Source: Eledone cirrhosa (lineage: Eukaryota). From it: a stretch of DNA of 64,000 nucleotides. Location: the NCBI GenBank assembly GCA_964016885.1, contig OZ024747.1, positions 83,762,001 through 83,826,000 on the forward strand. Direction: 5' to 3'. Position 1 is the stretch's first letter; every line of letters begins with the position of its first letter. Positions 27,121-40,800 of this stretch are shown one piece after another. The notes beneath the pieces were generated by a model. It saw only the letters and a program-made list of their open reading frames with translations, was not told the origin of the DNA and did no database searches. The translations under genes were made by a program, and so were the position numbers.

Positions 27121-27721
27121 AGGGTTTAATCTTTCATTGATGAACATGGCTAACTTCGAATGAGAAAATGGTGGAATGTCATGTTTGATCTCACTTTTAC
27201 CTGTCTGTTAAATGTTAAAACGCCCCCCCCCCCCCCACACACTGAGACACTTCAATATTCGATAATCTTTATACATTGATTTGTATAACTTATAATTGAT
27301 AGTACTGTTGAGGCAAAAGTGAAGACTTGTTCTTCATGTTGTGTACATAGGGGAAGTTCATTTGGTGAGGGCAGTGAAATGGTAGGGGCTGTTAGAGCTT
27401 CTTCTTCTTCTTCTTCTTCTTCTTCTTCTTCTTCTTCTTCTTCTTCTTCTTCTTCTTCCAGAGAGGATCGTGGGGAAAGAGTCCTTCATCAGTCACTCTA
27501 TCTAGCGGGTCCTGTCAGAAGCAACCGTCTCCAATTTGCAATAAAACCATGGCGGAATGTTTAAAGAAGCATTTCACCGTAAATTTTTCTGAACTAGGTG
27601 TGGTATCAGTGCCATTCAGTTCCCCCCTCCTTGGTGGCGGGTCCGTTTTTCGATCTTTCTCAAAGCGAGCAGTACCTTTGTAGCAGATCTTCCATCACCA
27701 TAGGACAGCATTGATAAGATA

Positions 27722-27962
27722 GAGTTCGATTCTCGACAACGCGTTGTGTTCTTGAGCAAGACACTTTATTTTGTCTTGCTCCGGTCCATTTAGCCGACAA
27801 AGATGACTTGTAGCTGTAATTCAAATAGTCGGCTTTGTTATACACTGAATCTCCCTGAGAACCACATGAAAGGTGCATGTGTCTGTAGAGTGCTAATCTA
27901 TGAACAGGCTGTTCTGTTGCTTGAACAACTGGAACACTCGCCATCTGATCCGACGGAGGTCC
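27722..27962 (+). mobile_element. SINE S2, 5'-truncated
   Basis: GAGTTCGATTCTC...GCGTTGTGTTCTTGAGCAAGACACTTTATTT. Confidence 0.75.
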
Positions 27963-28347
27963 AACTCACATATGATGAAGTACCAGACATGATATAATGC
28001 CATGTTACACTCTCACAAATCATTGTAATGCAAAGTGCTAATTCTACCGGCTTCTACTTACGAAATGAATACCAGTGATATATTTGGGTTGATTCAATCA
28101 ACTCTACACTTCCCTTACTCCTAAGAAGAAAAAACAAGAGAAAAATCATTATTTTTACATGTCAGGAGTCTTATTTCACTGGGAAATGAATCTCAAACCT
28201 AATTTCAATTCCTTATGTGTGAATGTATGTGTTGGCCTGTCTATGTGTTTATGTATGTGTTTGTATGTATATCATGTGTATGTGTTTGTATGTGTATCAT
28301 GTGTGTGCATGTCTTTGTATGTGTGTGTATTTATGTATGTGTATGCG

Positions 28348-28382
<35 letters not shown>

Positions 28383-28439
28383 ATGTGTGTGTGTGTGTAA
28401 AAGGTAAACAGAAATAACACAATCGGTACAGTATATGGA

Positions 28440-28516
<77 letters not shown>

Positions 28517-28789
28517 AGTGTGGGTGTATATGTATGTGCGTGCATGCATACGTATGTATATTATTATTGTTTGTATGTATATGTCTATGTATATGTAAGT
28601 TTGTGTCTATGTATATGTATGTATATATCTATGTGTATGTGTGTATATATGTGTCTATGTAAGTGTGTGTAAGAGGGTGTTTCTTACATATGTATTCCTA
28701 CATACTATTGAGAGCAATAAACATGATGCCATAACAACAGTGAAGGAGAGATTCATGCCTTTTTAACGAGAACCATTCACTTCTTCGTT

Positions 28790-29040
28790 GTTCCCTTTTT
28801 CTGATTACTGAGTATTGAAGCTGGCAAATTACTGCACCAGCTACTGCAATTAATTCAGCTTCTTCTCTTCCATCACTTGTGAACATGGCCTGGAGATACT
28901 TGAACTTCTCTACCTGCTTCAGTGGAACTCCATTCACATGTAGAGTGCACAGCGCAAGCTTCCTTGAGAGGACGAGTGTCTCAGTTTTCGCAGCACTGAT
29001 TTTCATTCCAGCCATGCAGAACTCGGCATCTAGTGACTGA
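28790..29040 (-). mobile_element. RTE-clade RT C-terminal fragment
   Basis: AGMKISAAKTETLVLSRK...LKQVEKFKYLQAMFTSDGREE (cf. GMKI...KTE...VE.FKYLG..FTSDG). Confidence 0.85.
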
Positions 29041-29697
29041 AACAAGAAATAGAATAAGATTTCTTTACTCTTTGTATTCAAACCTATGATGGAACTTCTA
29101 TGTGGTCATGTAATCTTTTAGAAATAGCTGTCAAAACACCCACAAGGTACATCTTACCGCCTTAAAAATGGAAAGATATTGTGGATAGTATAGTTTTACT
29201 TTAATAGTATGTCTGAAAAAGATGGATTGGTCACGGTTGGAATGGCTTTGGTCGTGGTCTGAACCATTATAACAAAAATAAGGTAATCCATATTATCTCT
29301 GACGTGTGGGCATCCACCAAACACAGATACATCCATACAGACAGTACACGTCATCGCATGCCCACACACACAGACTCACACATAAGCACACACACACAAA
29401 TATACAGGCAGCATATGTCATCACACATACACTCTCTCGCACCCACATCAATATACACGTTTGGAGCTGTGTTGAACTGAAATGAGAGAAAACCACCATA
29501 ATATCTTATTAGCAATATGAATACATAAATAAAATCTTCTCGAGACCACCATCAGGCCATGCATACATATACACACATATAACATATACCTACACAAGTG
29601 CACACACATATATACACACACACGTACGTACATATTCCCACAGATATACACACACACATGTGCACACACTATATATATATACGTATACACACACACA

Positions 29698-30602
<905 letters not shown>

Positions 30603-31195
30603 AATATACAGGCTTAGCGTTTCTAGAAAATAATCTCTTGGCGATTCTACAAGGCAACTTGAAAAGACGGACATTCTACAGAGTGAACGCATTTACCTAC
30701 GTCATTCTTGAAATGGGTAGAGGTAAATTTGGGGAAGCTGCGATCAACACAAAGAAAGATGCGAATTGATGCCAGATGTAGGAAAAAAAAAACAGTTTAA
30801 AAAAAACAACAAGAGTCTTGAACATTCAACATAATGAACATTCTATACAAACTAATGAACTCTTATAATCTTTATTGGACGGAGGAAAACGAGATTTTAT
30901 GTACATTAAAACAGAGATCACTCGTAAAAACAGAGCAAAAATTTCGCGAATTTTTTTTCGAAACGATTTTAGATTCTCGAAAATCGTACTTACCAAATCA
31001 ATTCTGGTAAATTTAAGCATATCTAAGAAAGAACTTGTGAATCTTTCATACTGTCTTCTCTGTCCTCCACCAAAACCTACATCAACCTATATCCAATCAC
31101 GGATTAATTTTCTCTACCTGATTCTGAGACCCATTTTGATCTTTCAGATCTTAAGTCAAAGAAATTAATATGCTAACGAGCAAGGTGAGGACCAG

Positions 31196-31196
<1 letters not shown>

Positions 31197-31228
<32 letters not shown>

Positions 31229-31480
31229 GGTTAGATAGATAGATAGATAAATTTCTCTATTAGCTAGCCACAAGGGCGCACAAGAAAAGGGGACAAAACA
31301 AAGACATGCCAGGGATTTTACATACAATCGTGTAAAAAAAATAATAAACAAACAATTATAACAATCGAAATACCCAATAGGGGGGAGGCGCCACAAATGG
31401 GTTGTTTAATACCCCGTCGATAGAACAACCCTCAACTTCAGGAGCGTGTTGTGCAAGTGCTCCTTTCTTCCTTTTGCTCT
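31197..31480 (-). mobile_element. Putative Tx1-like 3' end abutting (GATA)n
   Basis: (GATA)n followed by TTTCTCTATTAGC..GCCACAAGGG...GGGACAA; related to 31595 and 20373. Confidence 0.45.
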
Positions 31481-31594
31481 CTTCTTCAACCTACAGGTTT
31501 ATATACAGAGAAGGCCCAATCACCTTTCAGTAAATTTACTGGGATGCAATGCTTCTCTCTCCATTCTGATTCTCCTTCTAAAGTGGTATCTAAA

Positions 31595-31817
31595 GATAGA
31601 TAGACAGATAATTTTCTTTTTATTTGCCACCAGGGCATCAAAAAGTGGGACAAGTACAATGGGGGGAGTTTACATAAAAAGGCGTCCTCAATAAGGAGGA
31701 GGCAATAAGAAAGTATAAAAATAAAATAAAATATAACAAAATAAATTTTATAACAAAATCCTCAATAGGGAGGAGGCGCCTTGGGGGGAGGGGGTCGCAC
31801 ACACCCGATAGACAGAG

Positions 31818-31856
<39 letters not shown>

Positions 31857-31870
31857 CAGGTAGATAGATA
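31595..31870 (-). mobile_element. Putative Tx1-like 3' end flanked by (GATA)n on both sides
   Basis: TTTCTTTTTATTTGCCACCAGGG...GGGACAAGTACAATG also present at 20379-20415, next to the Tx1 ORF. Confidence 0.5.
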
Positions 31871-32228
31871 GTTAGATAAACAGCGCATTATTTCTTTCCT
31901 CTTTCCAATATGTAATTCATTCTGTTCTTGTCTCACCAAACTCGCTGAGTGAATATATTTCGCGGAAGATATCTGACGAGAAATTACCTTTACTTTCACC
32001 TATATATATACTGTCTCGGGTAAAAATCCATTCCAGCAATCCGTAAAACTCAGGGAAGCAATATACAAAATATGTATTCTCCACTTTGGTATTGAGCACT
32101 TTTTCTTCACGTTTGTAATCCCAAACGTACGGATACACACACACGCACACTCGCACACACACAAACACACGTACATATACATATATAAACATAAACAAGG
32201 CGGCTAATTAGCATGGAAGGGAAATAAG

Positions 32229-32298
<70 letters not shown>

Positions 32299-32729
32299 CA
32301 AAATGCTATTGGTATGAAAGTGCTATAAATAACAAGTCTAATTGCCCGTGCTATATAGTGTTCCCTATCCATATCCTTTGCGAATATATTCTCAGATGAC
32401 TGTTGTTGTTTGTAATCAATATTGGACATAAAATAGTGATTACAATTGAGATGATGGATGGTTCTGGAAGCAAATCTCCGAGTGTGTTTCTGCCATTTGT
32501 ACACGAGTTGTATACATATCTCCTTGTAATACTTATACAGACCGGGAACAAGATACATGGGAAGCATTTGCTGTGGAACCATGCTAATCCTGATTCATTC
32601 AACAGCAAATAGATGAAGGAAGAACACTAAATGATGATTTGTAATTTAAGCATTAGGCCGTCATTTTTAAAGGAACGTCGATTAACTCGACCCAAATATT
32701 TGATTCGTATATTATTTTAAGGGATATAA

Positions 32730-32846
32730 TAGTTTCTAAGTTAGGCACAAGGCCAGCAATTATCGCAGTACATTACTGGTACTTTATTTTATCGATCCCG
32801 TAAGGATGAAAGGTAAAGTTAACCTCGGCGGGATTCGAACTCAGAA
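32730..32846 (-). mobile_element. SINE S1, 5'-truncated
   Basis: GGCACAAGGCCAGCAAT...GTAAGGATGAAAGG.AAAGTTAACCTCGGCGGGATT.GAACTCAG. Confidence 0.8.
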
Positions 32847-33197
32847 TAATAATAATAATAACAATCAGTAAACAACAAGGCCAGCAATTTGAAGGGGAGA
32901 GGAACGTCGATTAAACAGACCCCAGTCTGTTATGTACAATGAAAGAACTTCAAAGGTCCACCAACAACACCACCACCACCACCACCACTACCACCACCAC
33001 CAACAACAACAATAACATCAACATCAACACCGCCGCCACCACTCACAACACCCAACACCATCAATAACAGCAACAACAACACCACTAATAAGAACAACAT
33101 CAACACCACCGCCACAACAACTACTGCAGCATCAATAATAGATTTGTCCTTCAGCAAAAAGATGTTGAAAGTATTTCCATCGACTATATGATGCATG

Positions 33198-33375
33198 ACA
33201 GTATCGGGAGAGGGTCGGACGCCATGCATTGCAGCAAAGAGTTACGGCCCTTTATGGTCTGAGTTCAAATCCCGCCGAAGTTAACTTTGCCTTTCATCCT
33301 TACGGGGTCGATAAAATAAAGTACCAGTAATACACTGAGATAATTGCTGGCCTTGTGCCAAAATTAAAAACAATA
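33198..33375 (+). mobile_element. SINE S1, young subfamily
   Basis: Closely similar to 44021-44209. Confidence 0.85.
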
Positions 33376-33589
33376 TGATACATGACAGCTGAGACACACA
33401 CCACGTCGAACAACGAAGGAGTGTACTTTCAATGCAGCTATTCCCATTATTGACACGTAGAACAGTGAAGATTATATCCACCAACCAATACTACGTGTAT
33501 TCCACACCTCATAGTAATATTCCCCTTCCCCAATCCTTTCTTGCTCGAAGTCAAACTTCTGTTATCTTGCAAAACATTAAATTTCAATC

Positions 33590-33920
33590 AACAACCCAAA
33601 CTAAACATGAACTCTGTTAACCTCACCCAAACAAATGCATCCTTTCAGTGCAGAAAAAGACCTTTGGAATTTTGTACTTAGCCCTTCCTCTATAGAACTG
33701 ATATGTTTTTGTGGAATCCTCCCGCCTCACACCGTGTCTGTCGCCCACGTCTTCATACCAACACGTACGTGTACTTTCAAGCTAAACCTTACCTCACTCC
33801 CGTCATATAAACTATATCTACCCTCGCCTCACATTGGTCTGTGAATGTTATGCAGTGGAAGAACGTATCATTACTGTCTATATTTTCTAGAACTGCATCT
33901 TTCTGGAACTTCGTGTGTTT
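33590..33920 (+). mobile_element. Possible CR1-group LINE 3' remnant
   Basis: LSIFSRTASFWN resembles the CR1/L2 C-terminal SFFPRT..LWN motif; EKDL upstream. Confidence 0.3.
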
Positions 33921-34299
33921 ATTGTACCTTCTCCTTAAGGACCCTTCGCCAAGGGAGAAGGGCACTGGATGGCACCACTCCTTACCTTTCCATTGCCCAC
34001 CCTCAGATTTAGAAACAAATTACAGTGATATGTATATTCTGAAACTAAACCTCAGAATTATTACGAATAAGGGTGTTTACCCAGTATATTCTGTAGCGCC
34101 CCGCTGAGCTCTAAAACCTGCCGACGGGTTTGTCTCCTTGTACTAAAACAAAGAAATATTTTTATTATGTTATAAGAAACCATTATGTTATACGCACCCC
34201 TCATATATATATGTAAAAGGTAAACAGAAATAACAACACAATCGGTATAGAATGTGGAAGGTATATATTAGGTTAACGCTTGATATAGCAGGAAGAGGG

Positions 34300-34335
34300 T
34301 CTTAATGTTTCGGACGCTAGTCCTTCATCAGAAGA
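34300..34335 (-). ncRNA. Minimal type I hammerhead (PLE type), nearly intact
   Basis: TCTT CTGATGA A GGAC TAGC GTCC GAAA CA TT AAGA. Stem III CA may derive from CG (palindrome ACGT). The element tail 34212-34260 recurs at 28397-28441. Confidence 0.65.
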
Positions 34336-34449
34336 AAGAATGAGAAATAAAATAGATTAAGGGGACGGGCGGGATGGAATTGGAAAAAATGTCTTGAGAT
34401 AAAAATAATAGGTCCATTCGTGTTGACGGGAAAGGTCGTGTTATAATAT

Positions 34450-34517
<68 letters not shown>

Positions 34518-35500
34518 TGAAACAGCGTGGTCTGGCATTCTCGGCTGCTTCTGACACATTTGTGGCGTGTACACAGACCAAAAAAGAGTAAAAATAAATA
34601 TTCATCACACAAAATCTACATACATATATGACAAGCATCTACCAAATTCCACTTACAAAGCATTAATCAATCAGAAGACGCATGTCCAAGGTACCACACA
34701 GCGAGATAGAACCAAGAACCTCATGGTTGCGAAGCCAGCTCCTTAACTATGCAGCCATAAAGTAATGGTTCACAATTTTCCTTCTATCTTCATTTGTTTC
34801 TTTCTGTCTTTCTCTGGAAGAAATCGTCTGTGCTCAAACGCCAATGTTACGACGTCACCAGGAGTTCAATAACCTTTGATGGAGGAAATATAATCCACAA
34901 ACTATAATTGAGAAGACCAATGATCAAAGACGTTCCAGTCATAACCCCCCCCCCCCCCCTCCAATTTAGTGTGCATTAATCAACATGTCCTTTCTTTAAA
35001 AAAATGTAGGATAACATCCATGAGCTTGGCTGGTCACGGTTGGGGATCTAGCTGGATCAGTTGGAGTGGTTGTTACTGACAGGACCTACTAGTAGGACTC
35101 TTTGGGGACTTTTCCCACATCACCCGCGCAGCAATAAGTGGACAAAAAAGAAGAAAATTTGGTTGATATTTATGGCAGATCGAGTGACTGAGTAGAGGCA
35201 GAACCGCAGATTAAAGCAACTAAGGGTTCTAGACTAGAAAACATTTAGTGCCCCCAGAACTTGCTCGCTAGAAGCTTACACACAGAAAGATGTTAAGAGA
35301 TGACACTTGAAGAAAAAGAAATGTTTTGAATAAATAGTTTAATAGTTAATATTTCCACGGTAACATTAGTTCTAATTCTTTTCTCTTTTCTTCTCCCGTT
35401 TTCCACAATATTTTAACAAACTACAACACTGCTTTAATTATTTGAATATTCTAAATTTTGACAAAAATATCGTATTTTATAGGAATATTTTAATATATAT

Positions 35501-35607
35501 AATCCCGCGGAGGTTAACTTTGCCTTTCACCCTTACAGGTTCGATAAACAAAGTACCAGTGATGTGCTAGAATAATTGCTGGCCTTGTGCTAAAAGTAGA
35601 AACAATA
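35501..35607 (+). mobile_element. SINE S1 3' half with TSD
   Basis: AATATTTTAATATATAT duplicated on both sides. Confidence 0.8.
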
Positions 35608-36101
35608 TTTTAATATATATTCTAATGTATATTAAAAACAGGAAGATATACCCCTTCCTATGAGGGTTGAGGATACAGCCCACTTAACACATTGTTAAAT
35701 CTGTTACTGGTTGTAATTTGAGGGATATTCGGTTGATATTTGAAGTATATCAAGTGATGGAGTAAAGGTTATCTGGTTAGTTCATATTGTGTTGTGTTTT
35801 CATTGCATCGTTATTATTACGTTGACTGTTGTTAGTACTTTGTACGTTGTTAGTACTTTGTACGTTGTCCTGTTGTGTTTTGAGTTGTATATTCTACAAC
35901 GTCTCCTGGTGTGTGTTATGGGAGGTTGTATATTGCAGACCCGTCCGACGAGGAGATCTATCAACCACTTTGGGGTGGGTGAGAGTTGTCGTCTCTTGTG
36001 AAAAGGGGTAACGTCTACTAATAAAACAAAAATCACCTAACATCGGCATTATTAAAAAAAAACAAATCATGTCAAAAGATGGCAATAAAGTGACATTATC
36101 T

Positions 36102-36297
36102 CAGACCTGTCAACTCCCCCGTCGGACGGGGAGATCTCCCACCCACTTTGAAGTGGGTGAGAGATGCCGTCTCTTGTGAAAATGGGTATAGCTTTCATTA
36201 TGTAAAATCTCCCCATTTTGCGTCATTTCTCCCCGTTTTTGGGGCACCTTTTTTTCATGGTACTCCCCGTTTATGTTTTTAGAGGTTGGCAGGTCTG
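36102..36297 (+). mobile_element. Family D hAT-like MITE
   Basis: TIRs CAGACCTGTCAAC / GTTGGCAGGTCTG; partial copy at 35936-36010, inverted copies at 53856 and 55160. Confidence 0.75.
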
Positions 36298-36648
36298 ATT
36301 CTACAACGTTGCCTTGATGTGTGTCCCGAGTGGTTGTATATTGGCACGTTGTAAATTATGTGTTTTATGTTGTTGGTTTCGTGTTGTTCGTTTCGTGTTG
36401 TTCGTTTCGTGTTGTTGTGCGTTGTGTATTTTAACAACGAAAGACATTTCGGTTAACGCTCAGCTTGAATTGTCAATAACCACCAACAGACAACATGATG
36501 GTGGTTCAGTTTCAAACAAAACATACGCAAACACACACATATACATATATACAAACTACTCCACATATTAACACACACAGGGCACTACCCTTCTTCATAC
36601 GCAAACACACAGACACACACAATTCCTCACATATTCACATTCACACAC

Positions 36649-36980
36649 ACCATTCCCCATATTCGCAGACTCACTGCATTTTCACACACACACACTTCCT
36701 CACATATACACGCACACACACACAGGCACACACTATTCCTCACATATACACTCACACACACATAGACACACTATTCCTCACATATACACACACGCACACA
36801 CCATTCCCCATATTCGCAGACTCACTGCATTTTCACACACACACACACTTCCTCACATATACACGCACACACACACAGGCACACACTATTCCTCACATAT
36901 ACACTCACACACACATAGACACACTATTCCTCACATATACACACACACACACCATTCCCCATATTCGTAGACTCACTGTT
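36649..36980. repeat. ~151-bp CA-rich tandem duplication
   Basis: ACCATTCCCCATATTCG(C/T)AGACTCACTG at about 36649, 36800 and 36951. Confidence 0.85.
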
Positions 36981-37157
36981 CTACACATTCACACACACAC
37001 ACACACTCACACACACACACTCACACATACACACACTTACACACACGTGCCCCCCCCCCCTCAATATTGTCTTCCTTGACTGCAAATTTCTACCAGAGCG
37101 TAGGAGTGTGATATAGTTTATACAGGTATTTCAGCTGCACAACAGCTATGAGATAAT

Positions 37158-39779
37158 GGCGGCGGTGTTGGTGGTGGTGGTGGTGGTGACGGGGATGTCT
37201 GGTGATGGTGGTGTTGGTGGGTGTGGTGGGGGTGTTGGTGGTGACGGGGATGTCTGGTGATGGTGGTGTTGGTGGTGTTGGTGGGTGTGGTGGGGGTGTT
37301 GGTGGTGGTTGTAGTGTTGGTGGTGACGGGGATGTCTGGTAGTGGTGATGGCGGTGACGGGGATGTCTAGTGGTGGTGGTGGTGTGGTGGTGTGGTGGTG
37401 TCTGTAGTGGTGTAGTGGTGGTGTAGTGGTGTAGTGGTGTGGTTGTGTCTGTAGTGGTGGTGTAGTGGTGTGGTGGTGTGGTGGTGTCTGTAGTGGTGGT
37501 GTAGTGGTGCGGTGGTGTCTGTAGTGGTGGTGTAGTGGTGTAGTGGTGTGGTGGTGTCTGTAGTGGTGGTGTAGTGGTGTGGTGGTGTCTGTAGTGGTGG
37601 TGTAGTGGTGTAGTGGTGTGGTGGTGTCTGTAGTGGTGGTGTAGTGGTGTGGTGGTGTCTGTAGTGGTGGTGTGGTGGTGTCTGTAGTGGTGGTGTAGTG
37701 GTGCGGTGGTGTCTGTAGTGGTGGTGTAGTGGTGTAGTGGTGTGGTGGTGTCTGTAGTGGTGGTGTAGTGGTGTAATGGTGTAGTGGTGTAGTGGTGGTG
37801 TAGTGGTGTAGTGGTGTGGTGGTGTATGTAGTGGTGGTGTAGTGGTGTAGTGGTGTGGTGGTGTATGTAGTGGTGGTGTAGTGGTGTAGTGGTGTAGTGG
37901 TGGTGTAGTGGTGTGGTGGTGTGGTGGTGTCTGTAGTGGTGGTGTAGTGGTGTAGTGGTGTAGTGGTGGTGTAGTGGTGTGGTGGTGTCTGTAGTGGTGG
38001 TGTAGTGGTGTAGTGGTGTGGTGGTGTCTGTAATGGTGGTGTAGTGGTGTGGTGGTGTCTGTAGTGGTGGTGGTGGTGTGGTGGTGTTGTAGTGGTGGTG
38101 TAGTGGTGTAGTGGTGTGGTGGTGTCTGTAGTGGTGGTGTAGTGGTGTAGTGGTGTAGTGGTGTAGTGGTGTCTGTAGTGGTGTGGTGGTGTGGTGGTGT
38201 AGTGGTGTCTGTACTGGTGGTGTAGTGGTGTGGTGGTGTTGTAGTGGTGGTGTAGTGGTGTAGTGGTGTAGTGGTGTTTGTAGTGGTGGTGGTAGTGGTG
38301 GTGGTGGTGGTGGTGGTAGTAGTGGTGGTGGTGGTATTGGATGAGGTGGTAGTGGTGGTAGTCATATTAAATGTGGTGGTAGTGGTGGTGGTAGTGTTGG
38401 TGGTGGTGGTGGTAGTAGTGGTGGTGGTATTGGATGATGGGGTAATGGTGGTAGTCATATTAAATGTGGTGGTAGTGGTGGTGGTAGTGGTGGGGGTGGT
38501 GGTGGTGGTGGTGGTGGTAATGTATGTGGTGGTAGTGTTGGTGGTGGTGGCGGTGGTAGGTGTGGTGGTGGTGGTATTAGATGAGGTGGTAGTGGTGGTA
38601 GTCATATTAAATGTGGTGGTTGTGGTGGTGGTAGTGGTGGTAGTCATATTAAATGTGGTGGTAGTGTTGGTGGTGGTGGTGGTATTGGATGAGGTGGTAG
38701 TGGTGGTAGTCATATTAAATGTGGTGGTTGTGGTAGTGTTGGTGGTGGTGGTGGTATTAGATGAGGTGGTAGTGGTGGTAGTCATATTAAATGTGGTGGT
38801 TGTGGTGGTGGTAGTGTTGGTGGTGGTGGTGGTATTGGATGAGGTGGTAGTGGTGGTAGTCATATTAAATGTGGTGGTTGTGGTGGTGGTAGTGTTGGTG
38901 GTGGTGGTGGTATTAGATGAGGTGGTAGTGGTGGTAGTCATATTAAATGTGGTGGTGGTATTGTATGTGGTGGTAGTGTTGGTGGTGGTGGTGGTAGTGG
39001 TGGTGGTAGTGGTATTGGTGAGGTGGTAGTGGTGGTAGTCATATTAAATGTGGTGGTAGTGGTATTGGATGAGGTGGTAGTGGTGGTAGTCATATTAAAT
39101 GTGGTGGTTGTGGTGGTGGTAGTGTTGGTGGTGGTGGTGGTATTAGATGAGGTGGTAGTGGTGGTAGTCATATTAAATGTGGTGGTTGTGGTGGTGGTAG
39201 TGTTGGTGGTGGTGGTGGTATTAGATGAGGTGGTAGTGGTGGTAGTCATATTAAATGTGGTGGTGGTATTGTATGTGGTGGTAGTGTTGGTGGTGGTGGT
39301 GGTAGTGGTGGTGGTAGTGGTATTGGTGAGGTGGTAGTGGTGGTAGTCATATTAAATGTGGTGGTAGTGGTATTGGATGAGGTGGTAGTGGTGGTAGTCA
39401 TATTAAATGTGGTGGTTGTGGTGGTGGTAGTGTTGGTGGTGGTGGTGGTATTAGATGAGGTGGTAGTGGTGGTAGTCATATTAAATGTGGTGGTGGTATT
39501 GTATGTGGTGGTAGTGTTGGTGGTGGTGGTGGTAGTGGTGGTGGTAGTGGTATTGGTGAGGTGGTAGTGGTGGTAGTCATATTAAATGTGGTGGTAGTGG
39601 TATTGGATGAGGTGGTAGTGGTGATAGTCATATTAAATGTGGTGGTGGTGGTGGTGGTATTGTATGTGGTGGTGGTGGTGGTGGTGGTATTGAATGTGGT
39701 AGCTGTGGTGGTGATGATATTAGATGTGGTGGTGATGATGGTGGTGGTAATGGAGGTGATATTGTATGTGGTGGTAGTG

Positions 39780-39815
<36 letters not shown>
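37158..39815. repeat. GT-rich complex minisatellite (GTAGTGGT/GTCTGTAGTGGT, then GTCATATTAAATGT-containing higher-order units)
   Basis: Directly visible; strong G/T strand bias. Confidence 0.92.
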
Positions 39816-40459
39816 AAACAGTGATCATGATAATCTATTTATTGTAAAAGCTTGTATTTATTTTATTTACTTCAATGTTTTCCTTCGAATTATTTAACCG
39901 AAAATAAAATACATGTATATCTCCAGTGTTATATAGATTTATTTTTTAAACATAACATTGTTTAATTATGTTAACAAAATATGTTTTGCTAAGACACCTG
40001 AGCAAACCTTCATTTATTACCAAGATTTCTCTATATATTTTATATTTAACATAAAACAAGCGCAGTATTTGTTCTAGTTCTTTATATTATGAGTTCAAAT
40101 CTCGTCAAGGTCAACTTTGTTTTTCATCCCTTTTGAAATCGTTAAAATTCAGAACCAATTAAATACTGGAATTGTTTTAATCAATTTTGCTCTTCTCCAA
40201 AATAGAAACCGACATAAAATATTTATTCATTTGAGGCCATTATACGAATGGGATTTTTTTCAATGCTGGATTTTACATAAGATTGATTAGGAAAACAGAG
40301 AATTTTTGTAATTAAAGTGACATCTTCAATGAATTGTAACTTTAATTACAAGGCAACTGCGCACGGATGAAAGGCAACTGCGGCCCCGATTTCGCCTGCG
40401 AGCCGTAGTTTGCTGACCCCTACAATAAAGAGTAGGTATAGTTGTACATTTGTGTGTAC

Positions 40460-40800
40460 ATGCGTGACTGAGTGGTTAAGAAATTTCGCTTCACACTTGT
40501 GAAGTCCCAGGTTCGATCCTACTGCGTGGCATTTTGAATAAGTGTGTTTACCATAGACTACTTCGGGTTGACTCAAAACCTTGAGTGAAATTGGGTAGAA
40601 ACCCGTCGGACGGATTGTACCTGTAATTCAAAGGTCCTGCCTTGTCACATATTGCGTCACGCTGGTTCGGCTTGGGAATTACATTCACGGTACCTGAGGC
40701 TGTGGAATACTCAGCCACACATACGTTAATTCATGAGTTAGAAGATTGTTTTATCGAACAACTGAATAGTCATCGACGAAATCGACGGAGGATCCATCGT
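40460..40800 (+). mobile_element. tRNA-derived SINE (third, S2-related family)
   Basis: TGACTGAGTGG A box, GGTTCGATCC B box; 3' part GTAATTCAAA.GTC..GCCTTGTCACA shared with 27820 and 52020. Confidence 0.7.

Noticed and set aside
26209-27129. 306-aa poly-Val ORF
   Set aside because: (GGT)n and (TG)n microsatellite artefact
19385-29040. Two RTE fragments as halves of one element split by inversion
   Set aside because: They overlap in the GA(I/V)..QL...KR segment and differ there, so independent copies are more likely
37367-38941. 524-aa Thr/His/Pro-rich mucin-like ORF
   Set aside because: Translation of a GT-rich minisatellite; no splice signals or unique domain seen; adjacent repeats shift frame
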